The notes beneath the pieces are model-generated. The model had not been told where the DNA came from. It made no database searches and saw only the letters and a program-made list of their open reading frames with translations. A stretch of DNA of 58,085 nt, filler included, from Sphacelaria rigidula (Eukaryota), in NCBI GenBank assembly GCA_964200075.2. It is 9 parts of 9 records of this genome, joined end to end, with 100 filler letters (N's around TTAATTAATTAA, not from the genome) between each part and the next. Parts side by side here need not be neighbours in the genome. Positions count along the whole stretch, not along the records: positions 32,328 to 38,692 come from CAXNAA020020510.1; positions 38,793 to 45,157 come from CAXNAA020020511.1; positions 45,258 to 51,621 come from CAXNAA020020512.1; 6 more parts are not named here. One strand, written 5' to 3'. Each line of letters opens with the position of its first letter. Within the stretch, counting starts at the first letter, position 1. Shown here one piece after another: positions 36,792 to 49,441 of the stretch. A program made the position numbers and the translations under genes.

Positions 36792-37031
36792 GCGAGAGGC
36801 CAAGATGCTTTGCGTGCGGACAACATAGTCCCCCCCAATTTGTTCGGTCAGGTATTGCAGTCCTACCCAGCCTACTACCCATCACATATCGGGTCAGCCA
36901 GTGGTCCGTATGCCCTTTTAGCCTTTGGAGAAGTACCCGCTAGTCACCCTGAGCACCCCGACACATTTTTGCCACTTTACATGGCTCGTCAAGCATCGCT
37001 GTTGAGGTCTGCTGAGCGGAGCGGCAAGCCG
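36792..37031 (+). CDS. EEP nuclease, exon D
   Basis: CAG acceptor, phase 0. SGPYALLAFGEVPASHPEHP resembles the CCR4-type S.vY.lL..G.v...Hp segment; donor CCG|GTGAGA. Confidence 0.75.
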
Positions 37032-37312
37032 GTGAGATTGTCGCAGACAGGTAGGACACAAGAGGTCACTCAAAAACCGAGCTTACTGACTGGTACACTG
37101 AAGTGAATTTTCCGTCCAGTTCACACGATGATTATGCCCTTATTTGTGTACCGATCGATATATTGTACCGTCCTGTCGTTAGGACGAGCGTTTTACGTTC
37201 ATCTTGAAGAAGTGCCGTGAGTCCGGGTGGCAGTTATAATGGTTTTACTTTACCGCAGGTTTTTTCATAAACTATTCTTATTTACTCTGCCTCGTTTCGA
37301 ACGTGATTGCAG

Positions 37313-37467
37313 CTCAAGAGGTCATTACGCAGACACTACCCTCGACCAGATGCGCCTGCCATGCTGCATCACACGCTGGGCGATTGGACCAGCGGGTACG
37401 ATGGCACGTTATGTGACGTGTACCGAGATCGCTCACCCGCTTCTCCGCGTTTCACCACAATAACCAG
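37313..37467 (+). CDS. EEP nuclease, exon E (terminal DYI/SDH exon not found in this contig)
   Basis: TGCAG acceptor, phase 0; encodes LHHTLG...LCDVY....PRFTTIT; donor CAG|GTATGG. Confidence 0.72.
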
Positions 37468-38289
37468 GTATGGCTGGGGTCAAGCCCTAAAGCAATGTTT
37501 GCGCTCTGGCTACGGCTCGGCGTATGTTGCGACGCGGTTGTGGAGTGTACATCGTTTTGGCGAAAACTGCTCTTGGCGCCAACTCTCCGCGTAGACTGCT
37601 GAAAAGTGCGGTCACTCAAGTGATTTTGACGTGTATCGGGTGCGCTCCGCTGATGACCTCGAATGAACCTCCTGAAAGTGATGGGACTCGTCTACAACAT
37701 AGTTTACTCGTCACACTGTTGGAGTCCGTACTTCATTGAGGCGGGACGCAATATGTGGGACCTGAAAAGACTTGGGGCGGAACATGACCTGGAATAAACA
37801 CGAGATTGACTGTGAGAAAAACATGAGCGAAGTTTTGCGAACTCCCCTCGTTTCGGAATAGTAATAGATTAGGAATCGTTACCATATCCGGTAAGCGATT
37901 GTGGCTGACACCTACTATCCGATATCGGAAGATCATGTGAATTGCAGCAGCTCGAGCCCCCGCATGTTTGGCGTATATTACATCAAGGCGCCCCTCTGGA
38001 AGTGCACCGTCTCGAAAGGGATGTATGGTCAATGACCCAATGTTTGAGGCAAGCAGCGATTGGGTACGGCTCTGTGAGCTGTCTTCATACAACCATATGA
38101 ATTCGCCCGCGGAGACAGCTCAGCGTCCCCCTCCGTCTACTAGTCGCCGCGTTTGTCAGTCCCCTCCCCCCTCCTTGAACACAAACCAGCTGAAGATACT
38201 CTTGGAATTTATCGAGAGAGATACGGTGGGGCAAGGTAGATGGAAAAATACTACCATAAGGATTAGACCGGTATGGTACTAGTAGTGCT

Positions 38290-38630
38290 GAGGAGATAGA
38301 TGGTGGCCACAGACGATGGAACAGGGAAGAGAAACAACGTTTTCGCTTTTTGTGTAATGTATGGAAGAAACATAATGAGCGCGTAAATGTGGAAGGTGTC
38401 TTGATCAGGAGTAGAACCGGTGCTCCGTCTCGAAAGGGATGCGAGGTCAATGGTCAAATAAGTACGGCAGGCGATGTTTATGTACACTCCCCCCCACCTT
38501 GCTCCGTCTCGAAAGGGATGCCGGGTCAATGGTCAAACGACTAAGGCTGGCAACAAATGAGTATGCCCTCCCCCCTAGCCTGGTCCGGCGAGAACCCGGT
38601 GTGCTCCGTCCCGACTTTGTAGGGGCGGAC
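38290..38630 (+). mobile_element. Stacked LINE 3' ends (family A, A, then B) separated by C-tracts
   Basis: 38290-38497 matches the LINE at 53105-53310. A second truncated A end lies at 38500-38575 and a B fragment at 38578-38625. Confidence 0.85.
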
Positions 38631-38821
38631 CCCCGATGGGGTTGGCGTCGCTTGGCGATGACGCTATAAAACACGCCACTCACTACGGAAGCNNNNNNNN
38701 NNNNNNNNNNNNNNNNNNNNNNNNNNNNNNNNNNNNTTAATTAATTAANNNNNNNNNNNNNNNNNNNNNNNNNNNNNNNNNNNNNNNNNNNNCGTAGGAT
38801 TTTCTTGCTCCGTCATTTTTC

Positions 38822-39265
38822 TTGCTCCGTCTCGAAAGGGATGCGTGGTCAATGGTCAAATGACTAAGGCAAGCAACAAATGAGTACGCCCCCCTATCGT
38901 AGGATGGCTCAAAGGAGAATCCATTAGGAAATAAAGAGTAGCAGCAAACATACAAAAATGCGCGATGCTTGTATGTAGCGAAGATAAGGAACACCCGGTA
39001 AAGTTTAAATGGAAGGGTGGGGAAGAGGAACTGCCGACTGTAGACCAGGATATACACATCAGCGTAGAGAGCGCCAAAAACCTGGTCTTGAGATGCAGAC
39101 ATAAGTAAAATAATACAAAAGGGTAAGGCACGGGTAAGCAAGATGGACGTGATCCTCAGAGACTGGCGCCAGATATATACAAGGATTAAGAGAGATATTC
39201 TGATGAACGTGATTATACCAAAGCTGGAATATGCAGAAGTATCGAAGGGGGACGCGAAGTTGGTA
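38822..39265 (+). mobile_element. LINE family A 3' end followed by a decayed LINE ORF2 fragment
   Basis: A 3' motif ending ATGAGTACGCCCCCC is followed by sequence homologous to 52000-52380 (MDVILRD...TRIKRDILMNVIIPKLEYAEV). Confidence 0.85.
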
Positions 39266-39361
39266 ACCATGATGGTGGTCGAGCGAGATCATCGTAATGT
39301 GTGGGGTGGGAGCACCTCAACTCGGCGCAAGGGAGATGATCATACTACGTGATGTTTAAAT

Positions 39362-39690
39362 GGTGAGACATCCATAAGGCAGCAGTGTATAACAGTGTAT
39401 AAGACGTGGCTGTTTCTGGAAGCGGCGATAGCAGAACACGAAGCAATTCATTGGAGGCTGTCATCCAAATGCGAGACACCGAGTAGGCTTCGGGCCGACC
39501 AATCTTAGCAGGATGCAGCTCACCCTTCATGCGACTCGCCGAGCACTCGTGCTTGCCTGGTGATTGATTGCGAGCCTGATCCGACGAAAACCCGGCGTAC
39601 TCCGTCCAAGCTTCGAAGGGATGCGAGGTCAATGGTCTTATGACTATGGCATACATGACCATGAGTACACCCTCCCCCCCCCCCGCCCAC
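39362..39690 (+). mobile_element. Family B retroposon, ~320-bp 3' portion with poly(C) tail
   Basis: It is colinear with 53323-53660 and ends GCATACATGACCATGAGTACACCTCCCCCCCCCC. Confidence 0.85.
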
Positions 39691-39722
39691 CCGGAGGGCC
39701 GAAAAAAGAAGGTGCGGTGAAC

Positions 39723-40204
39723 TGTGATCAGAGGAAAGTTATGGGAAACGATGATAAATATGACAGAATGTGGAGACCGCCATTTGTGCATGTGCGGAGA
39801 GATTACCTTTTATGACGTGTAACCTAGTGAACGGCTGTTACAAGGGCTATTTTCTCACGAGCCCCGAAATCCCCATAACTGTACAGCCGGATCTGGGACC
39901 CCAAGTGACAGGGGTCTTCCCAGCGAACTGCTGGCTATCCCTGGGGATCACTTCTTGACCAAGACTCTCAGACGTCGTCATCGGGCTAACTCGCTCGCGT
40001 TCGTCGAGCTTTCCCGAGTGATCCACTTTGCCTCAATCCCACGACTTACGGTCAATGCTTGACTACATAACCCGAGGGGAATCATCGGCCACCTTCGACG
40101 GTTTCTACCATCACTGGGAGTCTCACGACTTCCACGTTGGCGAACACCAGTTTCAGACACGTGTGCGAGACCCTCGGATATTTCCTTTTCTACCCCGTTA
40201 TACA
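39723..40204 (+). mobile_element. Probable 5' LTR/leader of the second Gypsy element
   Basis: A TG...CA-bounded non-coding segment directly upstream of the gag ATG at 40214. The boundaries are uncertain because the second LTR is not in the contig. Confidence 0.4.
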
Positions 40205-40213
40205 TCATTCATC

Positions 40214-42184
40214 ATGGGGAGGAACAGCAACAAAAACAGCGCAAACAACAGCAGCGGGTCAACGGGCGCAGGCGCAGACGCGCCTTCGTCGTCTCCTGCC
40301 CAGCCGGTGTTTGCTCAAGTAGCACAGGCACCGGCTCCGGCTCCGCCCGCGGCCCCCTCCTCGTCCAAACCTGGGGTTTCTTCGCCCTCCTCGGAGAAAA
40401 CATGCGACAAAGGCAAACAGAGGGCGCGCGATCCTGAGGGGAGAAAACGCCCCCAGGTGGGCAACGCCTCCAGCGACGGTGGCAACCGCCTTTCTCTCCT
40501 CCGCGAGGAGGATGAAAGCAGCTCCGGCGTCGGCGACACGGGTCCCGAAAACGTGGGCAGGATACCTTCATCTAAAGCCGTCACGTTTCCCGATCCAGTA
40601 CCGGGGCACATCAAAGAGGCAGCTCTATAGGTAGCCTTGAAAATCATCGAACTGCACTTCGACAAAGGGACGGACCCTCCTCAGTGGGCTTTGCGAGCGC
40701 TGGGGATGCTGGACTCCTCCCAAGATGTGGTTCAACAAGTATACCAGGTGAACAATGGGGCGGCAGTAGAACAGCCAAACCTAGAGGTAGAAGTAGTGAG
40801 GGGTGGTTCAGTACATCTACGTCGCGGTGATCATGCAACTAATGATACGACGCCGCCAAGCTCTCGTAGAGTACAGGCGCCAACCACGCCGCCTCGATTG
40901 TCCCCGGCGACTGATAAGGTAGTAAATCAACTCACTGCACCAAATCATTCGCCCGGCACAAACTCTCAAACCTCGCCGACTTCCGCCCAAGTTCACCCGA
41001 GCAACGTAGGTTACGCGTCCCCTACGAACCAACAAGTAGTCACTAGTCCTCAGGCATTACCTCACATGTCTGGCGGAAAATGTTCACCACAAGGGGCACA
41101 AAACCTGACCCCCTTGCATGAAACCCAAAATCGATCAAGTGCTATCGACAATATAGTACACACTCCTCGATTCACGCTAAAAACAAACGATCTCGGTTTT
41201 AACATGGTTCTGAGAGGACCACCAACCGAAGACATTTCAATGATAATGCGACAGTACCGATCCCGAGTTGAAATTAACTCGCAGGATCAATGCACGCGAG
41301 AAGAGATCGATCGCCGATGCATCAAGCATTTACAGCTCTTACTGAGGGACACAGCCCTCGACGCGTACACGGATCTCGTAACCGGTACTTTAGAATGGCG
41401 GACAGAGGCGAATCTCAAAGCCCTTCGGACACAAGGAGGTGAAGTATCTACCAGGGCCCCCGCATCATGGGACGAGTGGGTCGATGCTTATACGAATCTA
41501 TACTCTCAATCTAATCGCATAGCAATCCTCGCCCGGGCTATAGCGGAGCTCAAATTTAGGGACCACCACACTGTAGACTCCTACGCGCTAGAAGTATCCA
41601 AGGCACACTCTCGTTTTTACGCAGAAGCCGCACGAATCACGCCACATGGTAGGGACCCAGTTAGCTTCGCATGGGAAGTGGGCAAAACGGCTGCTTTTGA
41701 GGCAGGACTGTCGCCATATATCACGGTTGAAACCGTACGAGAAGATCCAACTCATAGCTTTCAGGTTACAAGAGCCCGCGCCAAAAAACACGAAACCAAC
41801 AATCTGCGTGGGACTCAGCCCGAAATTTCCAATCCCTCTCCGACCCACGTTTCATCTCTCGCTATGCATAACTCCTCTCAGCTCGCGGAAACCGTCGCCG
41901 ACCAAGGGCAACAACTTGAAAAATTGTTGAGAGAGAAGCGGTGGGCTGGCAGAGACCGGGGAAGATCGAAAAAACGTTCTTCACACCCCGGGGACAAAAC
42001 TGGCCCATCACCTTCTCCCAGTGAGACCGCAAAACGTAATCGGTCAGAGAGTAGAGGGAGTAGAAAAAATGATAGTCAATCAAGGAAGAAGGGCGAGCGT
42101 TGCACATACAAACCGTGCAGGTTCAAACACAATCATTCCATGGAGGACTGTCAACTGGCAAAGAAACATAAGAGCAACTGTTAG
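40214..42184 (+). pseudogene. Ty3/Gypsy gag with one in-frame TAG (40628)
   Basis: Capsid-like LLRDTALDAY...SWDEWVDAYTNLY...LAELKFRDHHTVDSYA...FEAGL, a basic C-terminus and a Zn-knuckle-like CTYKPCRFKHNHSMEDC. Confidence 0.8.
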
Positions 42185-42653
42185 CTTTCGGTGTTTGATG
42201 GTGCCCAGAGCAGGGGCCCTCGCCCAGCGAAGGGATACGTGTACAAGCGAAACGAGCAACTACCGTATAGTCTGTCGGAGAAGTTCTCAAGGTAGCAAGC
42301 GTGACGCAGAAGTACAGAAAATTGAGGGAAAATACGGTGCACCACGAAATGGGTGCCGACCCTCTGGTGGGAGATCGAAAGGGCAAGAAACGTGTGCGGT
42401 TTGCTAGCCAAGGCGTAGCTTCTTCTGTGAGGTCATGTAAGAGAGTACATGTGGGAGGGGTTACGGTTGCAAAGGCTAGAACATAAGAGCAAGTGGGGAA
42501 TAAACAGGCCAAGATAAGATGTTACGTCGGAGGCATCATCACCTGGACATCGCCCCCCAAGCTGCTTTTGTATCCAAGACGTCTCTAAAAACTAATGAAA
42601 AGAACAGATCCTACTTTTTGCCCTTAGGCTCGGCATAATTCGAGCCTTTCTTC

Positions 42654-45095
42654 ATGTCTTCGTTGGCCCGCTACCCTAGGAAGCCGGCAACGTTGCGACC
42701 TGCATCAGCAAGGGTGCAGGTTCCCGCCAGAGTCAACGGAATGGAGGTTCCGGCCATGACCATTGATACTGCTTCGGATCTTCCCATAGTCAGTCTCAAC
42801 TTTATTCGCTCACATCCCACATTGAGAGAGCAGGACATTCAATCAGTCCCATCGCGTTCTATCGATCTAAGAAGTGCTGACGGCTCACCAATCACGATAA
42901 AGGGATTCATTCGCTTTGACCTCACGCTGGGTGACATAACCTTACCCGTCGAAGCAGTTGTCCTCAGGAATCTCGGGCCAGATCTCATGCTGATAAAGAA
43001 CTCAGTGATGAGCGCATTTGACGGGATTCTCGATTGGCAGGCAGGAACCTTGACGCTTCGTAGTTCAACAGTCAGCCTTACAGCTACTCATTGAAGAAAA
43101 GACAGAAAAGTTCCTCCGACGTTTTCGGAATATGATTATTGTTCTCTCATACGGGTGGCATCGGCTGAAAATGTACCGGTATATCTCTCAAAGAGATGCT
43201 CCGTCCCGCCTCGAAGTGAGATGGCTCTTCTTGTCGAAACAAATGAGCCACCAAAATTCACAACCGAAGCGGTCATTGAGCCACGCGTTGTAACGAGTGA
43301 AGACCTCCAATCCAACAAAGTACCGGATGCTTTTAACCGCCTCGTTGTAGCACGCACAGCCTGCACCTGGTCAGCGGTCAACAAAACAGCTATGGTACAA
43401 GTAGCAAACCCGTCGAATCGACACGTCCAACTCCCAAGAAGTTTACTTTTGGGACACATCACACAAGTCGAAAAAAATGGCCCGACGGAAAACACCGGTG
43501 AAATTTCACAAGTTGAAACAAATAAGCCGACGGAAAACGTCAGGGCAGTTTATACTGACGCACGAGAAGAAGTAACAACAGCGCTCCAAAATGCATTTAA
43601 AGATAGCACATTTTCTGAAAATCAGAAGAGCCAAGTGCTCGACTTATGCATCAAATGCAGGTCCGTCTTCTCACTGTCAAACGTGAACTAGGTTGTTGTA
43701 CAATTGGGGAAGCAACGTTTTCCCTGGTCCCGGGCACGAAGCCCGTCGATCGGGCCCCGTACAGAGCCAACCCCAGAACCCAAGAAGTAATCGACAACTG
43801 TGTACAGGAGATGGAAAAAGACGGAACAATTGAACGAAGAGCCAGCCCATGGGGCTCCGCAGGGATAATCGTCGCTAAACATAGCGGTACTGCCCGATTT
43901 TGTGTCGATTATAGATCCACGCTTAATAAAAGCCTCGTGCGAACGTCATGGCCAATGCCTAATTTGGAAAGTCATGCAGATACTGTGGCAGGCGCAAAAT
44001 GTATCTCTGTCTTTGATGTACAGAGCGCGTTCCATCAATCACAACCCAGTAGCGGAAGAGGAGAAAGAAAAAACGGCCTTTGTTGCAGAGAAAGGTAAGT
44101 GGGTTGTCAACAGGCTGCCGTTCGGCTTGACATCTTCCCCCTTCATTTTCTCGCGAAGAATGGCTCTTACTTTCTCGCACTTTGGACCCAGGAGCAGTCT
44201 ACTAGTGTACATGGATGATTTGATCGCCTGCTCCTCAACATGGGACAGCCACCTCACTCTACTGGAAGACATGTTCAAAGTACTGAAAAAAGCAGGTCTT
44301 ACCCTAAAGCCCTCTAAAGCACATTTGGGCCCTAAGCTTCTCACCACCGCCCCTGTCCTTCACTCTCCAGACTTTTCAAAGGAGTTCACCATTCAAGTAG
44401 ACGCGTCTGGAGAGGGTGCTGGGTCGGTGCTGACCTAAGATAAGGAGGGCAAAACTGCAATCGTAGCGCATTTCAGTCAGCGTTCCAATGAGGTCAAGTA
44501 CCTCGGCTACACTTTGTCTGCTGACGGGATCAAAATTGAGGAAGACCGCGAAAAGGCTATATTAGACTTATCCACACCAACAAACATCAAGCAATTACGT
44601 TCAGTGTTAGGGACGATGAATTTTGTGAGAAGAATTATTCCGAATCTTGCACAGGTAATCGCCCCGTTGGTAGATCTCACGAAAAAAGAGGTGGCCAAGG
44701 AAGTAGCAAAAAGTTGGAATCACGAACACGATGCAGCTTTTGCAGAAGTAAAAAGGCTTCTCACCACCGCCCCTGTCCTTCACTCTCCAGACTTTTCAAA
44801 GGAGTTCACCATTCAAGTAGACGCGTCTGGAGAGGGTGCTGGGTCGGTGCTGACCCAAGATAAGGAGGGCAAAATTGCAATCGTAGCGCATTTCAGTCAG
44901 CGTTTCAATCATGCTCAGCGGCACTACTCTGCTACACTCAAACAATGTTATGCAGTTGTATTTACTATACAACACTGCAGATTCTTTTTATGGGGAAGAC
45001 ATTTCACGTGTGTGACAGATCATGCAGCACTACGGTACCTCTATTCCATGCAAGACGCGAGCAATATGTTGACAAGATGGGCGATAGCTTTAAAC
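42654..45095 (+). pseudogene. Ty3/Gypsy pol (aspartic protease, RT, RNase H) with stops and frameshifts, truncated before integrase
   Basis: IDTASD protease; PVDRAPYR, SPWGS, RFCVDYR, DVQSAFHQ, RLPFGL, VYMDDL and VKYLGY in RT; IQVDASG..GSVL.Q and FTCVTDHAALRYL in RNase H. Confidence 0.95.
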
Positions 45096-45376
45096 AGTGT
45101 TTTCGTGATATTGAGAGTAGATGATACGATTGAGAGTGAAAAGCGGTCAATCAGTGANNNNNNNNNNNNNNNNNNNNNNNNNNNNNNNNNNNNNNNNNNN
45201 NTTAATTAATTAANNNNNNNNNNNNNNNNNNNNNNNNNNNNNNNNNNNNNNNNNNNNCGGGGGTCCGCCCCTACAAAGCCGGGACGGAGCACGCCGGGTT
45301 CTCGCCGGACCAGGGACGGGAGGGGAGGGTTCCCAAAGGGTTAACAGCGTGAATGTCTCTTCACCCCATAGTGTAA

Positions 45377-48162
45377 CCCTTGGACAGCGACTCCCCGCGA
45401 CGGACTGAGTTGGACTATGCCACATTTGGGGTTGAGAACAGCCCTTTGCTCGCTGCACGATGCGCTCTTTTCATGAACATGTGGATATTTGGCATCTATG
45501 TAGAGAAAAGTCCTGGAGAACCCCTGACCAGTTCCGACCCTGCAGTTAATTGCATGCAGAGTCGGTATGTATGTCCTAGCTGGATACAAGGGCGAGAGAC
45601 AGTATAAGTGCTCCATCGCTCTCGACTGGACACAATTTACTGCATGCTCCTGATGCCTCTGCTTAGTGTTCAACAACAATACTACAGACAGTGTGAAGCT
45701 ATGCTGGCAACGCATGAGGCGTCGGGCAGGCGGCGCATACCTCGAGCAGAGTACAAATGATGTTGATGTTGATTGTACCCATGTAAAATGTCAATAGACA
45801 GCAAAGTAGTTCACCTGAATTTCATCTGTAGAGGAACTACGTGCTCATTTTGACGACCGTGATTGGTCAGAGTGGTCATTCCGCGCCTCTCGGGCCTCGT
45901 TCCTGGCCTAGAATCTCCCGCAGGAAACTTCCACGGACGCATGGTTGACTTGGTGAACTTTTCGACTGCTCTGTGGACAGAAAACCCCCCCGTCGAATAT
46001 CCCCTCCCCCCCCCCCTGCTACTGGAAACCTCCCAATGTCCTCGGACTGTCAGCCTGTGAAACTGTTCCGAGGCGACGCTCGCTGTCTACCGGTGAATTC
46101 AGATGGCCATGAAGATTTTTCAACACTTCAATCAGCATAATAATGGTCGACCAGCATTGCTTTTCCCATTTTGCGGCCTGCAGGACCAACAAAGTCACTG
46201 TCAACATATCAACCATATAGTCCACCCCACCCTCACTCTGCTCCGTCTCGAAAGGGATGCGTGGTCAATGGTCAAATGACTAAGGCAAGCAACAAATGAG
46301 TACGCCCCCCCACCCTCACTCTGAAGCATTCCGTTCCGCCTCACTACCGAAACCTGAAAGCTGCCGCTCTGTTTCTCTGCGCAAACCTATAAATCGCCGA
46401 CTACCTGTCAAGGTACCTAGCACGAAACAAATGCTCAGGTCGGCAGCATGAACTTTTCACGCACGGGTGCTTACCGACTGCCTCTCACCTCGCAACCTAC
46501 GAACCAACGCTCACCGACTCGACGAAATTTTGTTTTCGGTCAAGGGTACGACGTAGTGTTGAGTAACCACCAGGGATACACGTTTTTTGCTTGACTTGTA
46601 TGCAGTAATGCTCCTTCGGCGAAACGAGCGCTGCTCGCGAGGGTATGGACTGCGACGGTGACGACGTACCGTCAGACCCTCCAGCAGAAGCACGATCGGC
46701 GGGGGGCGTCGGAGTTTCAGAGGCTGGGAACCCAAGCTCTTCGTGCGCCTTTTCCTCGGCCATCCGAAGCGCGTCCACACGATCAGTCATCCTAACTGGC
46801 CGTGTATCACAACTTCTCCACAGTACACAGTTGACTAGTGGCTTGTGGCGGCACTTGGTTGTCGCTCGGCATCCTCGCAGACTATTTGCCTTTGAACAAA
46901 ACAGTTGCCGTCTACTGGCCGTTGGGGACTGCTGAGCAGTAAAGTTCATGACTTGGTACAGTTTTACCACTTGGTGGGTAATATAATTTCTGACTAGGTT
47001 CAAGTGTGGATCCCTAAATCTGCTGAGTACTGGGCCGTTGGGGAATGCCTGTCCCGCAACCGCTGGAGTGCCACTGCTTGCTGTTGGACAGTGAGTGATA
47101 CCCATGCCACTTTTGAATTGATTCCGACTCAGACCTCCCCCCCGACCCCAGCTCCCGTTGTCTACCCTTAGTTTTATTTGCTTTTATTGAGGGCGGCGGG
47201 TTGGTCAGGCGACTTCTTCGATGGGCCGACTGAGACACTCCAGTTCTCGTCGACGACGTGAACGATTCGAGTGTTCTCTCTTGCGTTACGTGCTTCAAAT
47301 CCGAATGAACAGGGGGGAAACACTCATTCTTCGGGGTACGTCCCGCGCTCAGCAAAAAAATCGTAAAATTACTTATTTTCGCAGGTTTTGAGGGTAATTT
47401 TGAAAAGCACTCGAAAAGAAGGTTCAATGCTGGGATGTATGAGCGTTGTGGAGGTGTACGTGGCGTCTGAATAGGGAGGGCGTCAATTTAACCCTTCGAC
47501 AACGAGCGTCGCCTCGGAACAGTTTCACAGGATGGCAGTCCAGGGACATCCAGAGGTTTCGAGGGGGAAGGAGGGGTGGTTTTTGACAGGGGGGTGGGTG
47601 GGGGCCTGTTCGTACAGCCGAAAAGCTCACCAAGTCAACCACGTGTGTTCGGAAGTTTGCCGGTGAAAATATTCCAAGCCAGGAACGAGGCTCGAGAGGA
47701 GCGGAATGACCGTTGCGACCAATCACGGCTATTAAAAAGGTCACTTTGTTCCCCTAGAGATTAACTACTCCGTTGTCTGACTTTATTCCTCATTGTGGTC
47801 ATGACAATTCAACCATAAACATGGGCACAAACAACCTGTTTTTCCCTCTGTTCGTGGTCTGTGCCGCCTGCCTGCCTGTAGTGTTGTTGTGAAACACTAA
47901 GCGGAGGCACCAGCAGCATGCAGAAGACTGTCCAGTGAAGAGCGATGACACGCCGACTGTTTCTTGCTGGTATATCCAGCGAAGGCATACAGCAGCACAC
48001 ATACCGGCTTTGCATGCAGTTGACATCAGGATCAAAATCGGTCAGGGGTTTTCCGGGACTGCTTTCTATATAGATGCCCAAAACTCACATGTTGATGAAA
48101 AAGGCGTTTTGAGTAGCGAGAAAATATCATATCAGATCTAAGAGGCGTTCGCCGTCTAAGGG
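45377..48162. mobile_element. 2.8-kb non-autonomous TIR element with piggyBac-like CCCTT termini and ~700-bp diverged inverted arms
   Basis: Left end CCCTTGGACAGCGA; right end TCGCCGTCTAAGGG. 45465-45690 pairs with 47875-48105 and 45845-46090 pairs with 47500-47745. The TTAA flanks are degenerate. Confidence 0.75.
46241..46307 (+). mobile_element. 67-bp 5'-truncated family A LINE insertion with a ~16-bp target-site duplication
   Basis: CCCCACCCTCACTCTG at 46225-46240 and 46308-46323 flanks CTCCGTCTCGAAAGGGATGCG...ATGAGTACGCCC. Confidence 0.9.
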
Positions 48163-48380
48163 CTACTGCACGATTTCTCCATGTCAAGGATGTGTTATAA
48201 GATTCAGCGTATCCAAGTAAATGAAGAAAGTGGTCTATGGTCCACAAAATGTCGTCGAACAGCTCGGACACTTTTCGAAGCTTAACACCCTCCCCCCGTT
48301 AGCACCCGTAACGGCCAAGCTTCCTCTTTATTATTTCGTGGTGGTGACGGTTAGCCGTGGGGTTGGAACTCGTTACCTGC

Positions 48381-48542
48381 TTATACTACAGTATGGTCAA
48401 CGTCAGGGTCATCTCTTGTTTTTCGCCATTTTGTTACCCTCACCGCATGCGAAACCCGTGGCGTTGATATCTGCAGCCCTACTGCCACGCGCGTTAGCCG
48501 TGGCTTACCACTAGTATTCGCACTACTAGCGATGCTGTATTC
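48381..48542 (-). CDS. Possible terminal exon of the PPR gene
   Basis: A GCAG acceptor follows a 55-bp intron, phase 0, and the frame is open to TAA. No motif supports it. Confidence 0.35.
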   Translation of the reverse strand, partial: EYSIASSANTSGKPRLTRVAVGLQISTPRVSHAVRVTKWRKTRDDPDVDHTVV

Positions 48543-48597
48543 CTGCCAATGGGTGGATGGCTCAGTGGACAAACCAATGAGTGAATCAATCAATTAC

Positions 48598-48699
48598 CTG
48601 GAGATACTCGTTCAATAGCTGCGTACCCCGCTCCCACTCAGCACCCTTTGCGCACGCGCGCAGAGCAGCCGCATATGCCGCCTTCTCCGGTGGAACTCC
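48598..48699 (-). CDS. Pentatricopeptide-repeat (PPR) protein exon
   Basis: CAG|...|GTAATT, 102 bp; encodes GVPPEKAAYAAALRACAKGAEWERGTQLLNEYLQ, a typical PPR motif, in phase with the exon at 49442-49612. Confidence 0.85.
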
Positions 48700-48714
48700 C
48701 TGTTACAGCCAACA

Positions 48715-48970
48715 GGCGATTGCAATCATGCGAGCAATGGCGGTTACGTGATCAATGGCAGCTACGCGAGCAATGGCAGTGACGTGATCAATGGCAGCTA
48801 CGCGAGCGATTACAGTTACGCGAGCAATGGGAGTTACGTGATCAATGGCAGCCATGCGAGCGATGGTAGTTACCCATGCCATTACTGTTACGCGAGCAAT
48901 GGCAGTTACGTGATCAATGGCAGCCATGCGAGCGATGGTAGTTACCCGTGCCATGACTGTTACGCGAGCA
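48715..48970. repeat. Minisatellite of 18-bp-based units in the PPR intron
   Basis: CGTGATCAATGGCAG recurs at 48747, 48783, 48837 and 48909 (spacing 36, 54, 72), interleaved with CGCGAGCAATGGCAGTTA. Confidence 0.9.
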
Positions 48971-49441
48971 CGGATACAAGCAAGGCATGGACTGTTACGC
49001 ATGAGAATGTAAAAATAGGCTACTCTTCCTGCAGACCATATGTAGCCGGTGCCAGGTTTTCCCAAAGAGGAGTCAACGGTGAGATGCGTGGTTGCACAAC
49101 AGCGACGCATCACACTTGAGTACCATGAAGCTGGAATGGGAACCAACAAACGATTAGGGCTGTGCATCGGTACTTGTAATACCGGGTCATCGAACCAATA
49201 CGATAATCTAATTGTGAGTTAATAAGATCGGCACCGATGTCGTCCGTTTTCTTCCACCGGCTACACAATTACGATATAACGACTCAAGTCCGACCAGGTT
49301 AGCGTTCCTGTGGTCGCTCTCGCCTGGCGTCTGAATGCGGAAGCACCGATATATCGCCATTACATCGCCAAATTCTACGACGCATAACCCCGTGGCCGAT
49401 ACAACGACAATCAATACCAGCCAACAACCGGGTACGTGTAC

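Noticed and set aside
40628..40630. TAG in gag as programmed read-through
   Set aside because: The element has other stops and frameshifts, so decay (CAG to TAG) is the simpler explanation.
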